A stretch of 46,032 nt of DNA from Octopus bimaculoides (lineage: Eukaryota), in the NCBI RefSeq assembly GCF_001194135.2, contig NC_068982.1, positions 52,697,345 through 52,743,376 of the forward strand. The letters are read 5' to 3'. Position numbers and translations under genes: made by a program. The notes below the pieces were generated by a model. The model did not search any database. It had not been told where the DNA came from and saw only the letters and a list, made by a program, of their open reading frames with translations. Position 1 is the first letter of the stretch. Each line of letters starts with the position of its first letter. Below, piece after piece: positions 12,371 to 23,793 of the stretch.

Positions 12371-13549
12371 AAGGGGATTTAAATTATGCGTTTAACACCA
12401 TTACCATTCCTTTCGTCCTTAGTATCCATCCATGTAAAATTTTGCATCTTCCCACTGTGAGATACACTGTTCTAGCTTTATCACCATACTTGCTCTTAGT
12501 AATGAACATTTAATTTCACAATTAAACATTTCTCAATCAAACATTTGTTTGGGGCGGACTATTCAATATTATCGCAATAACTCGGATATGATATGACTCA
12601 GTTATAAACAGCTTATTTTATAAATAACATCTCAGAAAACTGTTGTAAATTCCGCTCAATCATGAAGACATTTCAGCTGACAGCTACTAAGTTGTACGTA
12701 ACTGATGAAAAGAAAACGTATTACAAAATGATTGATAACATACATTAAATTCTTTAAATTAATACAAGGCCACTTGTTTGAATGGAGTACCTGGTCAGTG
12801 AATATTTTGTATACTATCTAGGCATGAAGCAAAATGTTGAATCCACATGAATTTTTGATGTACAACATAACGACTTGCAAAGCAGCTTTATCCGACGATC
12901 TGTCGATTCCGGCATCCACTATTAATATTGCGAGTTAATAACAATAATCAAAACGCGTGGAAATTCAGTGTTTTATAAATTGCCTTACTTCTATATTGAT
13001 ATGTAAATTAATAGATTTTCATGCCATAATCATTTTATTGATATAGATTTGTTTTCCATGCGTTTCCGTTGTTAAAGCTGTTTAAAGCGTGACATTCAAA
13101 CTTGCTTCATTATTTTAAAGATTTTATTATGTAAATAAGTTCTTTAAGACTTAAAGAAATTATTTTTATCTATGATATTATTCTGCTTGTTACAACGTTC
13201 ATGTTTTCGTCTGTTACGCTTTAAAAGAACTTAACTATGGATAAAAAAAATCGAATACATAATGAAGCAAGTTCGAGTGTCACGCTTTAAACAACTTTAG
13301 CTACAGAAACGTATAGAGAGCAAATCTATAACAATGAAAAAGTTATAGTATGGAGATCTATTAATTTATGCATCAATATAGAAGTATGAAAATTTATAAA
13401 ACATTGAATTTCCACGAGTTTTGATGGTTGTTATTAACCCTTAATATCAAAAGTGGATGCAGGAATTGACAGACCATCAGTTAATATAACTTTGCAAGTC
13501 GTTATATCGTGTGTTAAAATTCATTTGGATTCAACGTTATGCTTCATAT

Positions 13550-13790
13550 CTTAATGGTATAGAAAATATTTGCTGACAAATACTGAATTTACGGCGTTTA
13601 TGTTCTGAGCTCAAATACCGCTGAGGCAACATTAGCATTCATCTTTCCGATGTCAATAGATTAGAAATTTATCAAGTACTGAGAGCGATTTGGGAAAGAT
13701 GTATATCAGTATCGATAGAGTACGGACTAAAAACTTCAGAAAAGAGTAAATTTTGCTGTTCATCCCTATCGATAAAGTAAGTATCAATAC
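13550..13790 (+). mobile_element. Highly degenerate Deu/Nin-type SINE remnant
   Basis: TTTATGTTCTGAGCTCAAATACCGCTGAGG..CATTAGCATTCATCTTTCCG matches the TTTACGTTCTGAGTTCAAATT..GCC.AGGTCGAC..CTTTCATCCTT core. Similar remnants occur near 13970, 14200, 15070, 15540, 26100 and 29530. Confidence 0.5.
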
Positions 13791-15215
13791 TTTTGTTGAT
13801 GTTCTTGAAATTATTTAAGCTTAGTCTTCAACATTTATATGCTGGGGCAGCGATTAGACATGATCAGTAATCGTAGTAGTAGAAAAGAATGTTATGACTA
13901 CAACGATTATCATTGCTCTGATTAGGGCGGTAGTTGGATGAATTGATAGACCTACGAGCAAGGTACGTATCTTTATGTACTTCTGAGTTAAAATTCCATC
14001 GAGACTAACTTTGTGATTCATACCTTCTCCCCAGGTATTTCTCTTTGGTATTTATTTTACTGACTACGGAAGAATGAATAAGAAAGTGCAGGGCGTTGAA
14101 TTTAATTGGCGTTTTATCCATACTTTATGGCATTGCATGTAGCTCAAAAAAATCTTTATTACTAACTGCACAATAGTGGAGACTCGGTGAGTAGAGCATC
14201 GGAATATATATCTCGAAATATTTAATCACATTATTTTACATCTTGTATTCAAATAACACTGAGATCAACTATTATCTTTCATTACTGTGAGATCAATAAC
14301 ATGTAGTGCCTGTCGACTACTTGAGTTGATTTAGTGAACTAAAACACTTGCTCAAACTTTCCTGCTTATGTTAGAAATCAATACAACAATTATTTTGTTT
14401 TCTCAAACGACAAATAATTGTTAAATAACTTCTCCATATTGACTGCCAACCATTAATACAAATAAATAATTAACTAAATAAATAAGTAACTAAATGAAAG
14501 AAAAACTGCTATTTCATTCGTTTTTTCTCTTTCATTGTAGAACGTATTTTTTTTATAAATTGTTTCTTTGAACTTGTTTTTGTTCTATTTTTGTTTCAAT
14601 TTAAAATCTGCCAACAGATCGGCTTCTGTTCATTTGTATATTCAATTGTTTCCCGTAGTAACCATTTCTCATAAATCATTCCATTACCACCTAATCAAAA
14701 CTAGTTTAACAACAGGGGTTGTCTTAGCACGTTTCTAGACCTGTATCCGGTCGTGTCGAACCAGAGTATTGAAAATGATTAGGAAGTCGATATTTAATAA
14801 TATATTTGATAATGGACTATTTAAAAGATATTTTTTTAAAAGAAAAGCCATGACAACAAATAAAAAAATATGGTTAAAAGGAAAATACAGAATTACCCCT
14901 TCCATTCTTCTACTAATATATTTATCATCATTAAGGATTGCATCATTATATTGTTGATGTAGTTTATATTAATGGTGTTAGAAATCATTGCTATTGGTAG
15001 GATGATGGATGGACAAATACGCCGAGTGTCGCACAATATTCCTTGGTGCATTTAGCTATCTCTTTGTACATTCCAAGGTCACGTTTGCTTTTTATTCTTT
15101 CAAGTTTTATCCTTCCTGTGTCAGTAAATTAAAGTACCAGTAAAGTGCTGTGGGGCGATCTAACCTAACTCCGAAATTATTAGCGTTATGCCTCTGTTTA
15201 AAAAACCTATATTGG

Positions 15216-15403
15216 TTTCAAGTTTTGGTACAAGGCCAGTAATTTTGTGGGAGGGGGTAATTCAGTTAAATTGACCCCAGTTTTCAACTGGTACTTATTT
15301 TATCAAATTTGGCGGCGGCATTTAAACTGAGAATGTAAAGTCGGAAGAAATGCTACTAAGCATTTTGTCCGGTGCAGTAACGATTCTGCCATCTCGCTGC
15401 CTT
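15216..15403 (-). mobile_element. tRNA-derived Deu/Nin-type SINE with an internal deletion
   Basis: Its reverse complement matches 40591-40792 (AGGCAGCGAGATGGCAGAATCGTTAC...GATAAAATAAGTACCAGTTGAAAACTGGGG...CTTGTACCAAAA). The GTCGAC..TTCATCC segment is missing. Confidence 0.85.
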
Positions 15404-15728
15404 TCTGTTTGATATAATCAAACAAAATGTGAGGTCTTGTGCTAACGTTCAGAATCATATGATAATATATTTGAAGTGCAGAATGTTTAAGAACGGTATA
15501 TTGGCAAAATATAATTTCGGTTCCAATGTACTGAGATATTTAGTTGTTTTTCTTTACATTCTGAGTTCGAAGATTTGCTGAAGTCAATTATAACTTTCAT
15601 TGAATCAGGAAAATCAATAAAGCAAGCGACGACCGATTACCAAGGTCGATCTCATCAACTGCATTTTCGAGGCGTTGTGTCTATAATATAAATCAATTTA
15701 CTAAAACACTTCGTTAATATCATAAAAA

Positions 15729-15730
<2 letters not shown>

Positions 15731-15797
<67 letters not shown>
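15731..15797. repeat. (CA)n microsatellite
   Basis: Directly visible, about 33 units. Confidence 0.99.
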
Positions 15798-15798
<1 letters not shown>

Positions 15799-16235
15799 AA
15801 ACCTATTTCATACAATAACCTGCCTACATTTTTAACCAAACTGTTAAAAGAATATTTAAAATAAAATTTTTACATTGCTTTTTCCTAAATAGAAGTCTTT
15901 TGAAAAAATATAATTTAGTTTTTCTTTTAGTTGATGTCTTATTTTATTTTTCTCTAAGTAAATAACATATGATGGATGTTATTGAATGGAGATTTCAACG
16001 ATTTCACTGCCTTTCAATAATACCCGAACTTTCTTAATGCAGAATCAATGATGTTTGGCATCTGGCATATATACCAAGCTAGAATGCTATAATAGAATGT
16101 GACATTGTGCATAGATGGTCTGTCTTCTAATAGATTAGAGGTGATTTTCTCTTAATATTCGGCTTAAACCTACCCCATACTTGCGTATTTCAAATACACT
16201 CACATACACACATACACATATAAACATGCATACAC

Positions 16236-16268
<33 letters not shown>

Positions 16269-16555
16269 NNNNNNNNNNNNNNNNNNNNNNNNNNNNNNNN
16301 NNNNNNNNNNNNNNNNNNNNNNNNNNNNNNNNNNNNNNNNNNNNNNNNNNNNNNNNNNNNNNNNNNNNNNNNNNNNNNNNNNNNNNNNNNNNNNNNNNNN
16401 NNNNNNNNNNNNNNNNNNNNNNNNNNNNNNNNNNNNNNNNNNNNNNNNNNNNNNNNNNNNNNNNNNNNNNNNNNNNNNNNNNNNNNNNNNNNNNNNNNNN
16501 NNNNNNNNNNNNNNNNNNNNNNNNNNNNNNNNNNNNNNNNNNNNNNNNNNNNNNN
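16269..16555. other. Assembly gap (287 N) flanked by (TA)n
   Basis: Run of N. Confidence 0.99.
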
Positions 16556-18319
16556 TATATATAGGCAAACCATTAAGAAATACGATGTGCGTACCGTATG
16601 TATTATGCTCAACAAACAGATTAAGGACATTGCGTGCAACAATTTGTCAAGATTCATTTAGTTTTCCTTTTCTTTTCATTGATGTCAATAAAAATGAACA
16701 GGAAATGTGATCGTTTGAATGATTTATTATAATTGGTTATTTGTGAGATTAAATTATATTACATCGAACACATGCTCTTTTGTAGAAAATTTTTCATAAA
16801 GAACAAATTCAGAAATTCTAAAAACACGAAACGAATGTTGTAAAAATATTTAAAGTATCAAATTTATTAACTTCCGCTAAAAAATTCTTATAACTTTAGA
16901 AAATATATGAGTCAGATATCTCTAAGTTCACTTACGTGAGTCATCTATCTCGAATTTCACTTATGGATTATAAGAATATTTATTCCTAAGTCCAATCAAA
17001 TTTAATTTGCCTTATGGTTTGGAAGTTATATTAATAAATGATAAAAATTATATTTAAAATCTTATTTTGACTTTAAACGATTGGAAAGGACTCTGATAGA
17101 AATTATATTAAAATTCATATCTAATGTTTCTTATAGACAATCATTAATTTGCGACTTATGTCTGACTCATAAATATTTTATGAATCAAAAATTTATTAGT
17201 CTTTGATGGTGTTGAAGATATTAAAAAAATAATGAAACGAATATTACTATTATTTTCTTTATGATATCCATTCTGTGAGAACTTAGTATACAAACGATAT
17301 TAAAATAATCAACAGCTATCCTATCAATTTCAGATAAATTCACTGATTTTCAAACAATGTAGTAAAGAAACTATGATTTCAAAATAATATAGAAGCAGTT
17401 TTCTACTTTCTCAGTGAGATTATAGTAATTAATATTTTTCATACGTTTCGTAGAGAGTAGAGTAATTATCTCTACGTTGGATGTGAAATATATTTTACCA
17501 TATTTAGATTCAACTAAGCAACAATTCCCAAATAATTACATCTTTCTTTTTAGGAAACATGACACGTTATAAATTCTCGTTAACCATTCATTTAAGATTC
17601 TACAGCTTGATTTTAGAGATTTAAAATGCAAATTAGAGCTACGAAATTAGCTATCAAATTAGATTTAATGCCGTTTTAAAGTTTAAAATACTATTCCCAA
17701 AGTGACGTTGCTGTCACACTTTCTGTTTGCATCATAAATTATCTGTAGGATACGCCGCATTTTATTTTCAAAAAGCCTTTAATAAAGACATTTTTTTTAA
17801 CAATAGCGTCGTTGGTCTCAGATTTCAATTGGCCAATTATCCACCGGATTTACAGTGGGTAGATCTGCAGGGGATTCCCTGTGTAACTTAAAAGAAAAAT
17901 AATCACGCAATTGGTTATCTTTCGAAAGTATTTGTTTATAATTTTTATCATAGATTTTTATATCATCCTGCAATTAGCTTCCTTGAAAGATATACTCAAA
18001 CAAGCACGCGCACACACACACACACACACAAATGTGTGGATACATGTGTGATGGGCTTTTGCACAGTTTCAGTATTTCACATTCGATTCGTTAGGAAGGT
18101 GAATTAGAAATACAGGTTATGACAGAAGACATTTTTAAGCGGTGCCACGAAATTGGATCTTCTTAACTAAAGGGCAAAGCATTTTCTTGCTAATTGTGTA
18201 ATTTACTGACGTAACGTAATGAAAAGTCATTACAGCCGATGCCGCTTCCCTTGAAAGCATATTAAGTAAAGAGGAAATGGCAACATGAACAAAACTACTG
18301 TGGTTTATATATATATACA

Positions 18320-18524
18320 CAAGGGGGTGCTGAAAGGTTCCTAGCTTTAACGGTATCCTGAAGGACTTGGTTGGAGCACCAACACCCCGAGTTTTTTTAC
18401 AGGGCTTAGAAAAAGTGCAGGTCAGTTACAATCAGTGTGTGAATCAGAGAAGAGAAATATGTTGAATAAAATCATAATTAACTGATCCCCCTGTATTTTC
18501 TTTTACCCAAAGCCAGGAACTTTT
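18320..18524 (+). mobile_element. Mariner-derived non-autonomous element (MITE), copy A, with truncated right TIR
   Basis: Left end CAAGGGGGTGCTGAAAGGTTCC and right end CCAGGAACTTTT. It is the reverse complement of 21501-21725 and retains transposase C-terminal codons (GLEKVQ..YNQCVNQR..YVE*). Confidence 0.8.
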
Positions 18525-19237
18525 ATATATAGACACATGCGTGTGTGTATGTGGTGGTGGTGGTGGGGAACGTTTGCATATGTATGCGTTTGTGTTTACC
18601 AATATATGAAAACAACAAATATTTATTTACTGAATAAAAAGACTGAGTGCATTCATAAAATTCAATATTTATCATAATTTTACAGACTTGTTCATCTCAT
18701 GCTATGATAGAAGTAAATAGACTATAAAATAAGACAACTCAAAATCGTGTAACTTGTAACAGAAGATAATGACTATTACATTATTATTTAATATTTATTC
18801 CAAACAATTGTTTAAATTCTAAATAATTTAGTCATATTGCACACAGGACAATATAGTAATTATTTCATTTCTAATTTATATTTCATATGTAAAAAACATA
18901 ACCATAATAATTCGTTGCAGAAGCCTTATAAAATTAATTAGCTGGAATTACAATCGTATTTTAAACACACTTACAGATAACAATAATTTTCTCATTTACA
19001 CTTTCAGAGTATGAGTCCGTTACATAACATTACAAAGGTCGAGTCATATAATTTAGTAGGAAGGAATCTTCTTAGTATATGGGAGAAAGAAACTGGTTTA
19101 TCAGGCATTGCTTAAATGTACTTCAGATTATGTATGTATGTATGTGTGTGTGTATTTGTGTGTGTGTGTGTTTGTGTTTGTGTATGTGTGTGTTTTAATA
19201 TTTAATGGCAGAGATGAACAGTATTCAGTTACAAGTA

Positions 19238-19555
19238 ATGACCCCCTTCGCTCATGAATGACCATAGAATTGTAACTAGAAGTGTTCCTCCATGACAAGG
19301 TTGTTTATGGAAGACCAGCAGTCGTCCATGCGTACCAGCCTCCCCTCTCTACGCACCGATGTTATCTAAAGGAAAGGCAAAGACCGATGCAGCTTGCTCC
19401 CATTGACGTCGTAACTCATTTCTACAGCTGAGTGAACTGAAGTAACGTGAAAATAAAGTATCTTGCTCAAGAACTCAACACATCCCGGTCCGGAAATCGA
19501 ACTCACTACCTCATGCTTGTGATCCCTATGCTCTAACCACTGAGCCATGCGCCTT
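19238..19555 (-). mobile_element. Near full-length tRNA-derived SINE
   Basis: The minus strand reads A box TGGCTCAGTGG, B box GTTCGATTTCC, core CTTGAGCAAGATACTTT...CACTCAGCTGTAGAAATGAGT, and a tail ending GGTCATTCATGAGCGAAGGGGGTC. Confidence 0.85.
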
Positions 19556-20214
19556 CACTCAGTTATACCATATATAATATAGCAGAATCCCAGATCTTTT
19601 TTTAGAGGAAAATGATATACAGTTTTTGCTGTATGTAAGTCGATGTGATCGTTAGGAAGAAACATTTCCCTATTTCTGTTTTGGTTTCATTGAATGAGGC
19701 AAATCTTTAATGTTTCCAATGAAGAATATTTTCCATAGATATTACATAACACAGCCTCAAAATATCTCGATAGATCTCAAACATACGTCTATTGAGAATT
19801 CTTGGTGTTGTGATACGTAAAACCTCTTGATAATGTGGTTTCATCTGCATATGAATGGAAGTGAGGTTAGTCGTTTGAGAGGAGAGCAGAGTAAATAACA
19901 AAGCCTGAGAATTTCATTTTGACTCGAAACTCCTAATCTATCGTTTTGAGAATTGGTGCAATTTGTATCCAAGTATAATTTTCAGAAAGGTCTTATGACA
20001 GTCAAGTTCGAAAATATGATTTTGTTGAAAAGAAGCAAGTCTTCTCTTGAAGGAGCTAACTAACTTGATGCAAATACTTTACACAAGATCGAATTGAGAG
20101 ACATGGGATGATAGCTAGCAGAACATGGAAAATCTATATTTAGGTCGTGCTATTTTTGTTGAATATTTTCTCCCTATTTTATCACATTGTTTCAGCGAAA
20201 GACAAAAACAGCCT

Positions 20215-20405
20215 TACATGTGTGTGTGTAAGTATGCATGTGCATATATATGTGTTTGTGTGTGTGTGTGTGTGTATGTGTGTGTATGTGTGTGTATGTG
20301 TGTGTGTGTTGTGTGTGTATGTGTGGTGTGGTGTGTAGTGTGTGTGTCGTGTGTGTGTATGTATGTGTGTGTGTATGTGTATGTATGAGTGTGTTTGTTT
20401 GTGTA

Positions 20406-20443
<38 letters not shown>

Positions 20444-20461
20444 CATGTGTGTGTGTGTGTG
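20215..20461. repeat. Long degenerate (TG)n tract
   Basis: Directly visible. It explains the VCVC/HTHT ORFs at 20125-20592. Confidence 0.97.
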
Positions 20462-20617
20462 TTCAAAATTCTACACTGTTTAGTGTAAGAAGATATAATG
20501 TTGTCTGTGATAGGTTTGTCACACGAATAACTTCTGGCTGCGACTTTTCCGCCAAGGCCAGCCCAATTCTTACTTTGTGTAATCTGGCGTAAAACTCATT
20601 AGACCTTATTGAAAATC

Positions 20618-20875
20618 TACACGCGCGCGCGAGCACGCACGCACACTCACACACACACACATACACACACAATTTCTCTCTCTCTTTTACTCTCATTCAC
20701 ACCCACACCCACTCATACAAATATCCACACAGTCTCTCAAACAGACATATGTAAAGACATATATGCATAGTACTTTCTTACTCACATACATACAAACATA
20801 CACACAGACACATACACAAACACAGACACACACACAGACACACACAGATACACACACATACATACACACACGTAT
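20618..20875. repeat. Degenerate (CA)n-rich tract starting with a (CG)n run
   Basis: ACACGCGCGCGCGAGCACGCACGCACAC... followed by CA-rich sequence. Confidence 0.92.
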
Positions 20876-21034
20876 ATATGCATGCATTCATATATAAATG
20901 TAGGTATATACGCAAATTCATGCAAAATCAATGCAATGCACTTAAAAAAAACCTTCACATCGTCTAGTCTGATGAGCGCAAGCATGTTTACATTGTGTGT
21001 ACTGCCTTAGGCCCTTAAACATGTGACCTGTTAC

Positions 21035-21195
21035 AAGGTTACACGGTTAAGGTGTTCGCTTTGTAGTCATGTAGATCACATGTTCTCACCCACCGCCTGA
21101 CAATTTTGGATAAGTATGTTTGTTGTAGCCTAGTGTAGGCACAAGCCTTACGAGATAAACTGGATACCTAGAACTGTGTGAAGCTTGTCATATCG
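21035..21195 (+). mobile_element. Degenerate 5' part of the SINE family seen at 38268-38655
   Basis: TTGGATAAGT..TAGCCT...CAAGCCTT..GAG...TGG..AC..GAACTG..GAAGCTTGTCATAT parallels CCAAAGCCTTGTGAG...TGGTAGACGGAAATTGAAAGTAGCCTGTCGTATAT. Confidence 0.5.
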
Positions 21196-21500
21196 AATGC
21201 ACCCGTAACTGAACGGACTAGCTTTATCACACACAATGTTACACAGTGTAGAACTACGTCACGATGACTCTTCCCTGGGGATACATGTCTTAGAGTACAT
21301 GTGTTTCTACTCGATCACCAGGAAGTTCTTTTTGATGAGTAAGTAGTTCAATCAATAGATGAAAACAACCGAATGGTCATTGCTAAAAGAAATGGAGGAT
21401 CTTCCAATTATTTTAGCCTTACGTCATAACTATGTATTTGCATGTGCATGTATGTATATATTTGTTAGGCTGCTTATCTCTGTGTGTGCATGTGTATGTA

Positions 21501-21725
21501 CGAGAGTTTGCTGAAAAGTTCTTGGCTTTGGTTAAAAGAAAGTACAGGAGCATCAGTTAATTATGTTATTCAACTTATTCCCCTTTCAGATTTCACACAC
21601 TTGTTGCAGCGGTTCCTCGGCCTTTCTAAGCCCTGTAAAATCCCTGTAAAAGAACCCAGAAGATTGGTCCTCCAACCAGGCCTTTCGCGCTACCCTTAAA
21701 TCAGGAACTTTTCAGCATCTCCTCG
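21501..21725 (-). mobile_element. Mariner-derived MITE, copy B, complete, with TA target-site duplication
   Basis: TA|CGAGAGTTTGCTGAAAAGTTCTTG...CAGGAACTTTTCAGCATCTCCTCG|TA shows imperfect TIRs of about 25 bp. The element is 225 bp long, and its TIR resembles that of the mariner at 39197. Confidence 0.9.
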
Positions 21726-21729
21726 TATG

Positions 21730-21763
<34 letters not shown>

Positions 21764-21772
21764 TGTATGTAT

Positions 21773-21947
21773 GTGCCTTTATTCAGTTTTATTTCAAGAT
21801 TTCTTTCCAATAGAATCAGTTTCTAACTTAGATCCAAGGCTCCTTCATTTGATTTCAACGGCATTAGCAGAATATTTTTTGCATGTATATTTGCATATGT
21901 GCAGTATTTGGAGTGAGTGCATGTGCAGATTTGTATATTGTTTTATG
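21773..21947 (+). repeat. Short dispersed element associated with (ATGT)n, copy 1 (unclassified)
   Basis: Roughly 80% identical by eye to the reverse complement of 33259-33467. Shared blocks are TTATTCAGTT.TATTTCAAGATTTCT, CAGTTTCTAAC.TAGATCCAAGGCTC.TTCATT and ATGTGCAGATTTGTAT..GTTTTATG. Confidence 0.8.
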
Positions 21948-21965
21948 CATTTATGTATGTATGTT

Positions 21966-22220
21966 AGAGCTGAAAGGCGTCTGGCTGAATACAAACGATT
22001 TCCAGCATCTAATTCTTTATGTAGTCTGTGTGGCAGGGCATTTTCCAGCTGATTTGGACTCACATGGCGCACACCACGAAGATGCTGTACAGAATAAGCA
22101 CCTGATTCCAGCACATGAGAATGAATGCTGCATCTGCATAAAAAATGCAAGACACTTCATTATTTTAAAAGCCATTATAGGTCCTATCGTCAGTGGGAAA
22201 ATGACTACAAACAAACAAAT
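21966..22220 (+). mobile_element. 3'-terminal fragment of an RTE-type LINE (C-terminal zinc-finger-like motif, 3' UTR and AAAC tail)
   Basis: One frame reads AERRLAEYKR...LCSLCGRAFSS*FGLT.RT.RRC, like the CxxCGR.F.SRxGL.SH.RRC end of RTE ORF2. The stop is consistent with a CGA>TGA change. It ends in ACAAACAAACAAAT. Confidence 0.55.
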
Positions 22221-22290
22221 CAAGAACAACATAACTGGCCAGCAATGATAGTGGTACTCGTCTAGTAAGTCGACAGCAGCATGTGCGTGC

Positions 22291-22339
<49 letters not shown>

Positions 22340-22686
22340 CATGTGTGTGTGCGCGCGCGCTGCTGTCGTCAACTAGGTGTTGCGACCCTGACTGTGCGGA
22401 GTAATGTGGGTTGAATTTATATAGATTTTTACTGGAAATGATGAGAGACCAAAGGCCCACCGGAAGAGAAGTTTTGAAGTAATAACTGTGAAGGAAATAT
22501 CAAAGAGTCAAATAAAGAAATGAGAATGGATTATATTCTGTAGCTTATTTTCACGGGTGTGTACCAATTTTCGATAAGAAATAGCGCTTCTTGTGGATTT
22601 TTGATGATCTTTGATATCAGTCCAAGTAGAAATGTGCTCATTAAAAGTTATTTTCTAGAAGATCAAACATTAAAACCATCTCTCTC

Positions 22687-22688
<2 letters not shown>

Positions 22689-22732
<44 letters not shown>
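22689..22732. repeat. (ATCT)n microsatellite
   Basis: Directly visible. Confidence 0.98.
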
Positions 22733-22733
<1 letters not shown>

Positions 22734-23216
22734 CGCCACTACCTCTGTATCTCCACAATCAGTATCACCCATCCAGTATTACTCCCACTTTCACCCTTAT
22801 GTCACAACGAATTTCATCGTTAATAGTGAAAGATAACTTCATAATAGTCTGCAGTTCATTACATATGAGACTGTTATTATCTTTCTCCAAAGTAACTTTA
22901 TTTCTAACCAGTCGTGATCAGAATCAATCAATTTTCCCATGGAAAAATATGTAGCTTTGCGTAATAGTTTCCTTACGACAAAATATCTTTTACTGTTAGG
23001 ATAATTTCACTTTTCAGCTATTGAAGTAGGTTCTGTTATTTAAAGAAGGAACTGCGAATGAGAAGAGCCAAACTAATGTTGGAGTTAAATTTCAGTTGTT
23101 CGTTATTTACTTCAATCTATTTTACGTCGTTTTAAAATATAAAATAAACTTCTCTGTCAATCATCAAAACTAATTTTTAACAAACAGGAATAAACACATG
23201 ATAATATTAATTTCAC

Positions 23217-23419
23217 ATTTTGTTACAAGGACAATAATTTCGAGGGAGGGGTTAGTCGATTATATCTGCTCCAGTGCTTGACTGGTACTTATTTTATCGA
23301 CGTCGAAAGGATGAAAGGCAAGTCGATTTCGGCGGAATTTGAACTCAGAACGTAAAGACGGACGAAATGCTGCTAATATTTTTGCCGGCTTGCTAACGAT
23401 TCTCCTAGTCCACCGCCTT
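23217..23419 (-). mobile_element. Well-preserved tRNA-derived SINE with a Deu/Nin-like domain
   Basis: The minus strand reads AAGGCGGTGGACTAGGAGAATCGTTAGCA...TTTACGTTCTGAGTTCAAATTCCGCCGAAATCGACTTGCCTTTCATCCTTTCGACGTCGATAAAATAAGTACCAGT. The GTCGAC..CCTTTCATCCTT..GTCGATAAAAT.AGTACC core matches the Deu/Nin domain as I recall it. Confidence 0.9.
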
Positions 23420-23420
23420 T

Positions 23421-23793
23421 AAATGTGTGATAATATTAATGTTCAAACACAATTTCAACTTCAGTTTGTACAATAGTTTCAGGAATATATCAGTTATACT
23501 GAGCTATTCCAGCACATGCATGAATATTAGCATAACGTAAGCTGCATTGAATTAATCTTTTCCTTAAATCCTCAAATCCCAAAACGAGATATGCTATCTT
23601 TCAGCGTGCACTTAAATTCAGCTATTTATTTAAACTATTCTGCGCGCGTTCAGAAAAATATATTTCACCTTTACTCCACAATACTCTTTTCTTTGCTCGT
23701 GTTTTGGTTTTTAAGTTCATAAGCTCTACATTGATATCGAAATCTGACATCAAAACCCAAACGAGGAATTAATTACTCTCCGCCATCCGTCTC
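23421..23793 (+). repeat. 373-bp direct repeat, copy 1
   Basis: Aligns without gaps to 24790-25162. I counted about 25 substitutions by hand (~93% identity). Confidence 0.97.

Noticed and set aside
16135-16200. Candidate RASD exon 2: AG|GT GAT TTT CTC TTA ATA TTC (GDFLLIFG)
   Set aside because: Poor acceptor, one residue out of register, and it runs into a microsatellite with no downstream G4/G5 motifs.
20960-21000. CTGATGAG followed by a tiny GC stem, hammerhead-like
   Set aside because: No downstream GAAA(C) box and no helix I or III. Other isolated CTGATGA hits (8225, 12068, 12701) also lack the full topology.
21883-22248. 121-aa ORF with a His/Cys-rich segment
   Set aside because: It begins in a microsatellite-like tract and overlaps the RTE 3' fragment in another frame. 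No splice or family support.
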